55,214 bases of DNA from an uncultured Staphylococcaceae bacterium (lineage in GTDB: Bacteria > Bacillota_I > Bacilli_A > ML615J-28 > CAG-313). Below the pieces are notes generated by a model. That model saw nothing but the letters and a program-made list of their open reading frames with translations. It did not search any database and was not told the origin of the DNA. Shown here piece by piece: positions 19,283 to 27,833 of the stretch. Each line of letters starts with the position of its first letter. The first letter of the stretch is position 1. The position numbers were made by a program, and so were the translations under genes. The DNA lies in the NCBI GenBank assembly GCA_964384805.1, contig CAYLLO010000004.1, positions 1 through 55,214 on the forward strand. Direction: 5' to 3'.

Positions 19283-19370
19283 CTTATCACCTCGTTTTTT
19301 GTAGTATATCACTTTTTGATTCTTTTAGCAAGAAAATTATTTTTACACATATAATTAAGAGAGGTATGTT

Positions 19371-20273
19371 ATGTCAGTAATTATTATTTTATCATCTCTT
19401 TCTTTATTAATATATAGCATCACTAAACTGAGCAATACAATTGAAAATATAAATCAAACAAAAATAAAAAATGTTCTTAATAAATTCACTAAAACCACTT
19501 TTTTATCTTTTATAACAGGAATAGTAATATGCTTAATAACTCAATCAAGCTCAATTATTACTATTCTAACAATAAGCTTAGTTTCAGCCAAAGTATTATC
19601 TATGGAAAAGGGATTAGCGATTGTTATGGGGTCCAATATTGGTACAACATTAATATCGCTCATTATTTCTTTAGATATTGGCGTGCTTTATTTTCTTTTT
19701 ATACTTATTGGTGTATTACTTTTTTTCTGTAAAAAATATTCTTTTTCAGATATATTAATCTCGCTTGGCTTAATTTTTTTAAGTTTAGATATTTTAGAAA
19801 GAGAATTACTATCTTTTATTAGCTCTACCTTTTTAAATAATCTACTAACCAAAATTACTAGTCCTCTTACTGGTATACTAGCTGGAACAATCTTTTCTTT
19901 TTTAATCCAATCTTCTTCCGCAACCATTGCTTTGACTCAAAAAATGTATATAAACCATTTACTATCTCCAATTTTCGGAATATCTATTATGCTTGGTGCT
20001 AACATTGGAACTACTATTAGTGGTTTAATTTTTTCAATCAATTCTCAAATTAATGCCAAAAGAGTAGCACTGGCAAGTCTATTGTTCAACCTTTTCGGTG
20101 TAATACTTATGATTCCTTTTCTTTATATATATAAAGAAACCATCAACAGTTTTAATTCTACTTATCTAATCTCAACAACACATATTTATTTTAATATTAT
20201 TACTGGCTTAATGGGAGTTTTTTTTATTAAACCTCTTTGTCATCTTTCTAATTTTTTAATTAAAGAAGCTTAG
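19371..20273 (+). CDS. Na/Pi cotransporter family membrane protein (short form, no PhoU-like domain)
   Basis: Duplicated motif of the Na/Pi-cotransporter family (ITQSSSIITILTISLV...GSNIGTT and IQSSSATIALTQ...GANIGTT). It is 300 aa and fully hydrophobic. Confidence 0.7.
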   Translation: MSVIIILSSLSLLIYSITKLSNTIENINQTKIKNVLNKFTKTTFLSFITGIVICLITQSSSIITILTISLVSAKVLSMEKGLAIVMGSNIGTTLISLIISLDIGVLYFLFILIGVLLFFCKKYSFSDILISLGLIFLSLDILERELLSFISSTFLNNLLTKITSPLTGILAGTIFSFLIQSSSATIALTQKMYINHLLSPIFGISIMLGANIGTTISGLIFSINSQINAKRVALASLLFNLFGVILMIPFLYIYKETINSFNSTYLISTTHIYFNIITGLMGVFFIKPLCHLSNFLIKEA

Positions 20274-20322
20274 TTTTTTTAATTCTATTAATCTCAACTA
20301 TTTCGAATAAAAATTTAAAAAT

Positions 20323-20356
20323 GTTACAATTTGTCTTTAAATTGTAACACTTTTTG
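20323..20356. terminator. Bidirectional rho-independent terminator
   Basis: Perfect 10-bp stem GTTACAATTT / AAATTGTAAC (6-nt loop), flanked by an A-run upstream and TTTTT downstream. It lies between convergent genes ending at 20273 and 20384. Confidence 0.7.
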
Positions 20357-20383
20357 AATATTTAAATGTTCTAGTTTGTAAGA

Positions 20384-20770
20384 TTATTTTGGTAATTTTT
20401 TACCACAATTATTACAATAAATAAAATCATCTTTGACTTTTTTACCACAATATGGGCAATAAGTAGAATCATCACTTATATTAAATTCATAATCTGTATG
20501 ATCTATGTTATATTCTTCATTTAATGGGTCAACTTCTTCACCATCTTCAGTTATATCAAATAATGAATGTCTATTTTTTCTTGTTGCATTTTTAAAACTA
20601 TAGATTGCTTGATATATAGCCATACCGATGAAAATTAATCCAAAAGGAACCATTATATAGCCACCCATTATGATAGCCATAATTGTCCAAAATACTCCGA
20701 AGATGCCCACAAATATACTCATTATCCCACTTTGTCTTGAAGGCCCCCGTCCAGGTTTAATACTTTTCAT
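20384..20770 (-). CDS. Membrane protein with C-terminal zinc ribbon
   Basis: Two TM helices, then CPYCGKKV...YCNNCGKKL (a CxxC...CxxC ribbon). It is the last gene of the NfeD-SPFH operon (16-nt gap). Confidence 0.6.
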   Translation of the reverse strand: MKSIKPGRGPSRQSGIMSIFVGIFGVFWTIMAIIMGGYIMVPFGLIFIGMAIYQAIYSFKNATRKNRHSLFDITEDGEEVDPLNEEYNIDHTDYEFNISDDSTYCPYCGKKVKDDFIYCNNCGKKLPK

Positions 20771-20786
20771 ATATATACCCTTTCAA

Positions 20787-21821
20787 TTATTCGGTTTTAG
20801 AATCCACTTTGTCTGTTGCGATTTCTTTGATCGATGTAACAAGTCCAGCTAATCCTTGCATATTAGATGGAACAATAATCTTAGTTGCTTTTCCATCTGC
20901 CATTACCCCTAAAGCTTCATATGCTTTAAGTGTCAACACTCCTTGATTAACATTTACATCTTTAATCATTTTTAACCCTTCAGCAGTAGCCTGATTAATC
21001 TTTAAAATAGACTCTGCTTGCCCTTCGGCTTCTTTTATTAATGCCTCTTTTTTGGCTTCGGCTTTTAAAATTTCTGCAGCTTTTTCGGCTTCAGCTCTTA
21101 AAATTTCTGACTCTTTAATTCCTTCGGCCTTTAAAATGTTAGAACGCTTTTCCCCCTCAGCAAGTAGAATTGCCTCACGTCTTTCACGTTCTGCACGCAT
21201 TTGTTTTTCCATTGCATCACGAATGTCTTTTGGAGGCATAATATTCTTAACCTCTACACGAATAACTTTAATTCCCCACGGATCAGTTGCTTCGTCTAAA
21301 ATTTGTCGCATTTTTGAATTAACTAAATCTCTACTTGTTAATGCACCATCTAAATCCAAATCACCCATAATATTACGCAAAGTTGTTGTTGTTAAATTAT
21401 CTAAGGCTTTGATTGGATTAGATACACCATAAACATATGCTTTCGGATCAGTTATTTGATAATAAACAACGGTATCAATTTGCATTGTAACATTATCTTT
21501 AGTAATGACTGGTTGTGGTGCAAAATCACACACTTGTTCTTTTAAATTAACAATTCCAATTTTTTTAGGAACCATAGTACTTCCATTGGCGATGGCAGGA
21601 ATAGCCGAAGCGTCAACCGCAATTCTGTCAATAAAAGGAACTAAGAAATGAATTCCCGTATCCCATGTTTTGTGATACTTACCTAATCTTTCAATAACAT
21701 AAGCATTAGTTTGAGAAACAATTTTAATATTTGCGATAATAATAATTGACAAAATAATTAAAATCACAGCTAAACCACCTAATAAAACATTAACACCACT
21801 TGTAAGAAAAGAACTTAACAT
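20787..21821 (-). CDS. SPFH/band 7 (stomatin/slipin-like) protein
   Basis: N-terminal TM helix, SPFH core (YVIERLGKYHKTWDTGIHFLVPFIDR...VVYYQITDP) and a C-terminal A/E/K coiled coil. Confidence 0.9.
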   Translation of the reverse strand: MLSSFLTSGVNVLLGGLAVILIILSIIIIANIKIVSQTNAYVIERLGKYHKTWDTGIHFLVPFIDRIAVDASAIPAIANGSTMVPKKIGIVNLKEQVCDFAPQPVITKDNVTMQIDTVVYYQITDPKAYVYGVSNPIKALDNLTTTTLRNIMGDLDLDGALTSRDLVNSKMRQILDEATDPWGIKVIRVEVKNIMPPKDIRDAMEKQMRAERERREAILLAEGEKRSNILKAEGIKESEILRAEAEKAAEILKAEAKKEALIKEAEGQAESILKINQATAEGLKMIKDVNVNQGVLTLKAYEALGVMADGKATKIIVPSNMQGLAGLVTSIKEIATDKVDSKTE

Positions 21822-21839
21822 TATTTTATCCTCCTTTAG

Positions 21840-22328
21840 TTATTTTATTTCTATTTCTTCAATATAATCAACAATAAGTTTGTTACCACTAATAGCTTTT
21901 ACCACTACTTTAGTACCTTTTTCAATTAAATTGTTTTTATTTGATATGGCCGTCCAATCTTGAAAATATACTTTAACTACTCCTTTTTTATCTGGTTCAA
22001 TAGTTTCTGTTACAGTTGCCACCATACCAATTAACTTATCAATGTTTGTTTTTAATCCCCCTTTAGCATTTAGCTTTTTAGCTAATGGACGCGTTGCCAA
22101 AATCATAACAATCGTAACTACAGCAAATACGGCAATTTGTATATATATATTTAAATTAAACAAACTACAAATCATTGCCACAAGACTTGATAAAGAAAAC
22201 CAGATTGATACTAAAGCAGTTGTTTGAGCTTCCACGATTATTCCTATGACAACCACCACCAGCCATACAATAAACATTGTAATTTGTCCAGTACTCAAGA
22301 TATTAAACCACATCTTTTTTACCTCCAC
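21840..22328 (-). CDS. NfeD family membrane protein
   Basis: Several TM helices followed by a small C-terminal OB-like domain (GMVATVTE...GVVKVYFQDWTAIS...KGTKVVVKAISGNKLIV). It sits directly upstream of the SPFH gene, the classical NfeD-stomatin pairing. Confidence 0.85.
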   Translation of the reverse strand: MEVKKMWFNILSTGQITMFIVWLVVVVIGIIVEAQTTALVSIWFSLSSLVAMICSLFNLNIYIQIAVFAVVTIVMILATRPLAKKLNAKGGLKTNIDKLIGMVATVTETIEPDKKGVVKVYFQDWTAISNKNNLIEKGTKVVVKAISGNKLIVDYIEEIEIK

Positions 22329-22689
22329 ATTCTACAATTAGCATTTTTGTACCTGTATTCCATTTAGCATTATATTTGTATGCCACTTGTTTTTGAAAAT
22401 CTAACTTTAGTATTTCATTTATTTTATCAATCAAATTCTTTCCCGTTATTCTTCCATATGATAATTTAATTGAGATTTTATTTAATGAATCTTTATCTAC
22501 CAACAATGAATCTACTTCGTCTTGAGATACATTTTTAATAACGATATTATTGGTATCACTATCAATACCCACTGCTACAGCATATGCATCTAAAAAGTAG
22601 TTTGATGCTTGTTTATTTAAACAAATATTATTAGCGTAAATTGTAACTGCACCTAAATCATCTTTATGCCTAAACCATTCTATTTTCAT
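22303..22689 (-). CDS. Hypothetical protein (first gene of the NfeD-SPFH operon)
   Basis: A 128-aa soluble ORF with RBS AAGGAGGAG upstream, overlapping the annotated NfeD start by 26 nt. I recognise no family. Confidence 0.5.
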   Translation of the reverse strand: MKIEWFRHKDDLGAVTIYANNICLNKQASNYFLDAYAVAVGIDSDTNNIVIKNVSQDEVDSLLVDKDSLNKISIKLSYGRITGKNLIDKINEILKLDFQKQVAYKYNAKWNTGTKMLIVECGGKKDVV

Positions 22690-22813
22690 AACAAACTCCT
22701 CCTTTATGTATATTATATATTAAAAAGTATAGTTATGTCAATAAAATGTATAATAATGTATTTTTGTGTATTTACGATTTCACAAAATTTTCAGTTTTAA
22801 TCATATCTTTTAT

Positions 22814-22842
22814 TTGAAAAAAAATAAAAGTAATGATATAAT
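22814..22842 (+). promoter_or_regulatory. Sigma-A-type promoter of the 338-aa membrane protein gene
   Basis: -35 TTGAAA (22814..22819), 17-nt spacer, -10 TATAAT (22837..22842). RBS AGGAGG follows. Confidence 0.6.
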
Positions 22843-22871
22843 ATAATGGATTTTTAGGAGGTTATATATAA

Positions 22872-23888
22872 ATGAAAAAGAAAAACCTGGTAGTATTACT
22901 AATTTCTATTTTATTTCCGATTATAGTTACAGCATTTATTGGGATGTATTCATACGGAATTTTTGGAAATTGGGATAAAAACCAAACAAAATTTATCAAC
23001 TCGCTTTTTAATGAGGAAAAAGAAACAAAAACAAGCATTGAAAACTACGCTAAATTTGCTTCTTCTCACTATTTAAATTTATCAGAAAATATGGTTGTCT
23101 ATAGCGACTATCAAGAAAGAACAGTATTAGAACCTGTTAATGGGGCTTATACAATTGACAATAAATTAACTCTTTCTTCTTATGCATTAGCAGAAATTGG
23201 CGGAGATACTCCTTATATATCTTATATGTTCTTCTTGTATAATTTAAACTACAATAACATTTCCCCTTCAAATATTTATTTTATTTGTGTAAAGGGTACT
23301 GAAAATGATGATTATGCTCATTTACTTGAAGCTATTGAACAATTTAATACTGATTGGGTTGAAGATGGTACAACTGGCGCTGCCGCTCTTTCTTCTTCTC
23401 GTGGAACTCCATACCCAATCTACGATATTCATGCGATTTTAGACGATGATAGTGATTCAGAAAAAACTCCTTATGCTTATAGCATTACACCTAATCGTAA
23501 CTATGCGGTTACAGATGAAGATGGAAATGAAGATGAATCAATTTCCTTTACTAAACTTGCTAATTGTTCTTTCGCAATTATTGAAACAACTAATGAAAAC
23601 AAAACAACTGTTCTAATGTCTGGGTTACTAAATGATATCAAAAGAAGCCCTTCAGCACTTCAAAGTTTAGAAAATGTAAGTATTGGTTATGGTTCTACTT
23701 CTGTAGAAGAACTTTCTTCTTTACAAAATGCTGGTTATACAAAATTTGTTATGCCAACTCTTTTATGGCAAGGTGCAATAGCCTTTGTTATTTCTGGCCT
23801 TATAGCTATACTATTCTATATGACTTGGACATATGATGAACCAAATAATAAGAAAAAATTTAAACAAAACAAAAATAAGGTTGACTAA
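22872..23888 (+). CDS. Hypothetical membrane-anchored protein (N- and C-terminal TM helices)
   Basis: A 338-aa ORF with a good RBS. A TM helix at each end flanks an acidic presumably extracytoplasmic domain. I recognise no family. Confidence 0.6.
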   Translation: MKKKNLVVLLISILFPIIVTAFIGMYSYGIFGNWDKNQTKFINSLFNEEKETKTSIENYAKFASSHYLNLSENMVVYSDYQERTVLEPVNGAYTIDNKLTLSSYALAEIGGDTPYISYMFFLYNLNYNNISPSNIYFICVKGTENDDYAHLLEAIEQFNTDWVEDGTTGAAALSSSRGTPYPIYDIHAILDDDSDSEKTPYAYSITPNRNYAVTDEDGNEDESISFTKLANCSFAIIETTNENKTTVLMSGLLNDIKRSPSALQSLENVSIGYGSTSVEELSSLQNAGYTKFVMPTLLWQGAIAFVISGLIAILFYMTWTYDEPNNKKKFKQNKNKVD

Positions 23889-23904
23889 CAACCTTATTTT
23901 TTTT
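23877..23904 (+). terminator. Putative terminator overlapping the stop codon of the 338-aa gene
   Basis: A 7-bp stem AAGGTTG / CAACCTT (5-nt loop) followed by ATTTTTTTT. It lies between convergent genes. Confidence 0.45.
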
Positions 23905-25291
23905 AAAACTCACAATTTTTAGGAGTTCGTGGAAATGGAATAACATCTCTTATATTTTCCACTCCTGTTAAATACATAATTAACCGTTCAAACCCCATTC
24001 CAAATCCAGAATGTACACATCCACCATATCTTCTGGTATCCAAGTACCAATCAATTCCGTTTTTATCTACTCCCATTTCTGTCATTCTTTCGAGTAATTT
24101 ATCTAAATTTTCTTCTCTTTGTGAACCTCCCATTAATTCACCAGCCTGTGGCACAACTAAATCTACTGCCGCAACTGTTTTATTATCTGGGTTAACTTTC
24201 ATATAATAAGCCTTGATATCTTTTGGCCAATCAGTGATAAATACTGGTCCATTAAAATACTCAGTAATATATCTTTCATGTTCTTTCGCAATATCATCTT
24301 CATAACTTGGTTGAAATTCCCATTTTACCTTAGCAGCTTTTAAAATATCAATTACATCGTGATGAGTAATTCTAACAAAGTTACTATTTAAAAGAGAGGT
24401 AATTTTTTCTTTTAAGCCTTTTTCAACAAACTTATCACAGAAATCTATTTCTTCTGGACAATTATCAATAACATATTTGACAACAAATTTTAACATTTCT
24501 TCTTCTATATCCATTAAACCTTGTAAATCACAAAAAGCCATTTCTGGTTCAATCATCCAAAATTCATTAGCATGAGTTTTAGTATTTGAATTTTCTGTTC
24601 TAAATGTTGGCCCAAAAGTATATATATCACCAAAAGCCATCGCATAAGTTTCCCCTTGTAATTGTCCTGACCCCGTAATAAAGGCTTGTTTACCAAATAA
24701 GTCTTTTGAATAATCAACTTTACCTTCTTCTGTAAGAGGTAAATTATTTAAGTTTAAAGTACTTATTTTAAACATTTGATCGCTACCTTCACAATCGGCA
24801 CATGTAATTAAAGGGGTATGAACATATAAATATCCTCTTTCTTGAAAATATGTATGAATTGCATGAGCAGCTACACTTCTAATTCTAAAAATTGCTGAAA
24901 AAAGGTTTGTTCTTGGACGAAGATGAGCAACTTCTCTTAAAAACTCTCTTGTATGTCTTTTAGGTTGGATAGGATAGTTTTCTGGACAATCTCCAAGCAT
25001 TTCTATTTCTAAAGCATGAACTTCTAATGGCTGTTTTAATTCTGGTGTTAATTTAACAATCCCTTTAACTTTAACGGATACTCCTACTCTAAATCTAGAA
25101 ATTTCTAAGAAATTGGTCATTTTATCATCATATACTACTTGAAGTGATTCAAAAAAAGACCCATCATTAACATTTAAAAAACCAAATTGTGCTTGGGAAC
25201 GATTATTTCTAACCCATCCACAAATAACTACTTCTGTTTCTGAATATAATTCTTTTTGTCTAAATAATTCTTTTACTCTTATTCTTTTCAT
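23903..25291 (-). CDS. asnS: Asparagine--tRNA ligase
   Basis: Full-length class IIb synthetase: N-terminal OB (VVICGWVRNNRSQAQFGFLNVNDGS), motif 2 (TFGPTFRTENSNTKTHANEFWMIEPE) and motif 3 (GFGMGFERL). It is preceded by a T-box with an AAC specifier. Confidence 0.95.
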   Translation of the reverse strand: MKRIRVKELFRQKELYSETEVVICGWVRNNRSQAQFGFLNVNDGSFFESLQVVYDDKMTNFLEISRFRVGVSVKVKGIVKLTPELKQPLEVHALEIEMLGDCPENYPIQPKRHTREFLREVAHLRPRTNLFSAIFRIRSVAAHAIHTYFQERGYLYVHTPLITCADCEGSDQMFKISTLNLNNLPLTEEGKVDYSKDLFGKQAFITGSGQLQGETYAMAFGDIYTFGPTFRTENSNTKTHANEFWMIEPEMAFCDLQGLMDIEEEMLKFVVKYVIDNCPEEIDFCDKFVEKGLKEKITSLLNSNFVRITHHDVIDILKAAKVKWEFQPSYEDDIAKEHERYITEYFNGPVFITDWPKDIKAYYMKVNPDNKTVAAVDLVVPQAGELMGGSQREENLDKLLERMTEMGVDKNGIDWYLDTRRYGGCVHSGFGMGFERLIMYLTGVENIRDVIPFPRTPKNCEF

Positions 25292-25302
25292 ATTATCCTC
25301 CT

Positions 25303-25563
25303 AAAAAATAAAAATCCTTAACTAAAAAAAGTCAAACTTTTTTGTTAAGGACGAAAAAACTCCGTGGTACCACCTTAATTTGTATTTCTACACACTCTTT
25401 TTTTGTTAACACAGTTTTATCTGCGGGTAGGTCTACTAAAACGCCTTTGTTTTTTCTTCTTACCACTCATGGGTGTTCTCCTAAGAATCATTTTTTTAAG
25501 TTCTCACTGTCCTTAAATCACTGAATAACTGATTTCTTACTTGTCCCAATCAACGTTTTTTTA
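25303..25563 (-). promoter_or_regulatory. T-box riboswitch leader (Asn specifier) controlling asnS
   Basis: On the minus-strand RNA, stem I closes GGG...CCC with specifier AAC (25474..25476) followed by A. The T-box motif AATTAAGGTGGTACCACGG is at 25361..25380. The terminator TCCTTAAC-N21-GTTAAGGA plus U-run (25303..25352) lies just before the asnS RBS. Confidence 0.85.
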
Positions 25564-25570
25564 TATTAAC

Positions 25571-25599
25571 ATTATATATGTTTTAACTAGTTTTGTCAA
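25571..25599 (-). promoter_or_regulatory. Consensus sigma-A promoter of the asnS T-box leader
   Basis: On the minus strand: TTGACA (25594..25599), exact 17-nt spacer, TATAAT (25571..25576). Confidence 0.7.
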
Positions 25600-25745
25600 A
25601 TTATTCATTATATTAAAAAAACATTTGGATAGTTTTTTAATAAATTAGATCTAACTAGTTAATTTTATAATCAAAGTTATCTCTTTAATATATCTTTAGT
25701 AAATCTTCTTTTATTATATAGAAACGATTTTTTTAATTAATCTCT

Positions 25746-27113
25746 TTATTTCCCTAAACAAAATTTTGAAAATAATTCATCTAACAAACTACCATCTTTA
25801 ACATCACCTATGATATCTCCTAAACTATGCCAAGCTTCTTGTAAATATATATCTATAAAATCAATATATATTCCTTCATCTATTGATTTTACCGCTTGTT
25901 TTAAAGCCTTAATTGCCTCTTTTAATTTATTTATTTGTCGGGCGTTACTTACATATGTTAAATCATCAATATTTAGATTATTATCTAACACTTGTTCAAT
26001 AATTGTTTTTTCTAATTTGGTTATATCTTCAGGATTTTTAGTAGATATATATATATGTTTATCAAAATAATTAGGATTAGCTTTCATTTCTAAATCTTGT
26101 TTGTTAATAATAACAATATGATTTTGATTTTTGATTAAATCATAGAGTCGGAAATCTTCTTCATTTAAGTCTTTACTTCCATCTATCAAAAATAAAACCA
26201 ATTCAGCTTTTTCTAACCATTCTTTAGAACGATTAACACCTATTTGTTCCACTATGTCCTCAGTGTCTCTGATACCTGCTGTATCAATCAAATTTAATGT
26301 TATGTTTTCTAAATTTAATTTACCTTCAATTACATCTCTTGTTGTTCCTGGTATTGCGGTGACAATAGCCTTATCCTCTCTTAATAACGCATTTAAAAGA
26401 CTACTTTTACCAACATTGGGTTGTCCAATTATAACCGTGTCTATACCATTTTTAATTTTTTCTGCAGTATTAGATTTACCTAGTATCTCTTCTAAATCTT
26501 TAATTAATTTATTAATTTTAGGTAAAACTTTGCTATTGGTCATTTCTTCAACATCATCATATTCAGGATAATCAATATTTACGGCAATAACCGCTATTAT
26601 ATCTAATAATTCTTGTTGTTTCAAAGAAATAAGTTTAGCAATATCACCTCTTAACCCTTTATTAGCAAGTTTTAAAGCATTTTTACTCTCTGCCTCTATG
26701 ACATCCATTACCGATTCAGCTTTGGTTAAATCTATTCTACCATTCAAAAAGGCTCTTTTAGTAAATTCTCCTGGTTCTGCAAGTCTTGCTCCTTCTGCTA
26801 ATAAAAGTTTTAAAATTTGATTAGTTACAAAACTTCCACCATGACAATTAATTTCAACAACATCTTCAGCAGTATATGTTTTAGGTGCTTTAAAGATACT
26901 AACTAACACTTCATCTAACACTTCATCTTTATCATATATATGTCCATAGTGAATGGTATGACTTTTTGCTTTTTCTAAATTCTTACCTTTAAATATTTTA
27001 TTCACTAAAGAAATAGCTTCTTCTCCACTTAACCGAATTATTGATATGGCACCTTGTCCCATCGCGGTTGAAATACCGACAATTGTATCTTCAAATAAGT
27101 TTATTTTTTCCAT
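25746..27113 (-). CDS. mnmE: tRNA modification GTPase MnmE
   Basis: G1 motif GQPNVGKSSLLNAL, DTAGIR, NKQD and the characteristic C-terminal CLGK tetrapeptide. Confidence 0.95.
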   Translation of the reverse strand: MEKINLFEDTIVGISTAMGQGAISIIRLSGEEAISLVNKIFKGKNLEKAKSHTIHYGHIYDKDEVLDEVLVSIFKAPKTYTAEDVVEINCHGGSFVTNQILKLLLAEGARLAEPGEFTKRAFLNGRIDLTKAESVMDVIEAESKNALKLANKGLRGDIAKLISLKQQELLDIIAVIAVNIDYPEYDDVEEMTNSKVLPKINKLIKDLEEILGKSNTAEKIKNGIDTVIIGQPNVGKSSLLNALLREDKAIVTAIPGTTRDVIEGKLNLENITLNLIDTAGIRDTEDIVEQIGVNRSKEWLEKAELVLFLIDGSKDLNEEDFRLYDLIKNQNHIVIINKQDLEMKANPNYFDKHIYISTKNPEDITKLEKTIIEQVLDNNLNIDDLTYVSNARQINKLKEAIKALKQAVKSIDEGIYIDFIDIYLQEAWHSLGDIIGDVKDGSLLDELFSKFCLGK

Positions 27114-27197
27114 ATTTTATACCTTCTTATATATTTTACATTATAGCACTTTTATTTATTTTTAACAAGCAAAATAAAAGAAAGGCCAATACCTTTC

Positions 27198-27815
27198 TTA
27201 TTTATTTTTATGTTTTGGTTCAATAATTAAGTATCTTTCTGGTTCTACCCCTTCAGAATGAGTAGTAACATCTCTCCATGTTGAAAGTTTATTGTGAATT
27301 ACTTTTCTTTCATAAGCATTCATATAGTTTAATTTAACAGGTACTTTCGTTTTAGCTACTTCTTTTGCTATTCTAGTGGCCATTTTTTCTAAATTTTCAT
27401 CACGACGACGTCGATAATCACCAATATCAACCTTTACAATCAAACCATTTTCAGCCTCTTGATCAAAATATTGATTAACAATTAATGAGGTTACATACTG
27501 TAAAGCGCTTAAAGTTTTTGAGTTTTTACCAATCAATAATCCGTTAGCATTTTCAGTTGTGATGCAATACTCAACAACATTATCACGCATTTTTCTTTCT
27601 ACAAATCCTAAAATATTAGCATTTTCTAAAAACTTTTCCAAGAATTCTTTACCTTTTTTTACTGGATTTGCATCTACCATTACGTGGACTTCTACCTCAT
27701 TTTCATTTTCTGAAATTACATCAAAGTACATATCATCTTTAGCAACCGCTAAGTCTTTTATCGCTAGCTCTTCTACTTCTTTTAAAGAACTTGCTATATA
27801 CATTTTTTCTTTCAT
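27198..27815 (-). CDS. jag: Jag/KhpB RNA-binding protein (KH + R3H domains)
   Basis: It sits downstream of yidC. The C-terminal R3H region is ERKVIHNKLSTWRDVTTHSEGVEPERYLIIEP. Confidence 0.9.
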   Translation of the reverse strand: MKEKMYIASSLKEVEELAIKDLAVAKDDMYFDVISENENEVEVHVMVDANPVKKGKEFLEKFLENANILGFVERKMRDNVVEYCITTENANGLLIGKNSKTLSALQYVTSLIVNQYFDQEAENGLIVKVDIGDYRRRRDENLEKMATRIAKEVAKTKVPVKLNYMNAYERKVIHNKLSTWRDVTTHSEGVEPERYLIIEPKHKNK

Positions 27816-27833
27816 ATATCCTAACCAATCCTC

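Noticed and set aside
25342-25524. A 60-aa plus-strand ORF upstream of asnS.
   Set aside because: It lies antisense to the asnS T-box leader, has no RBS, and its sequence is explained by the riboswitch.
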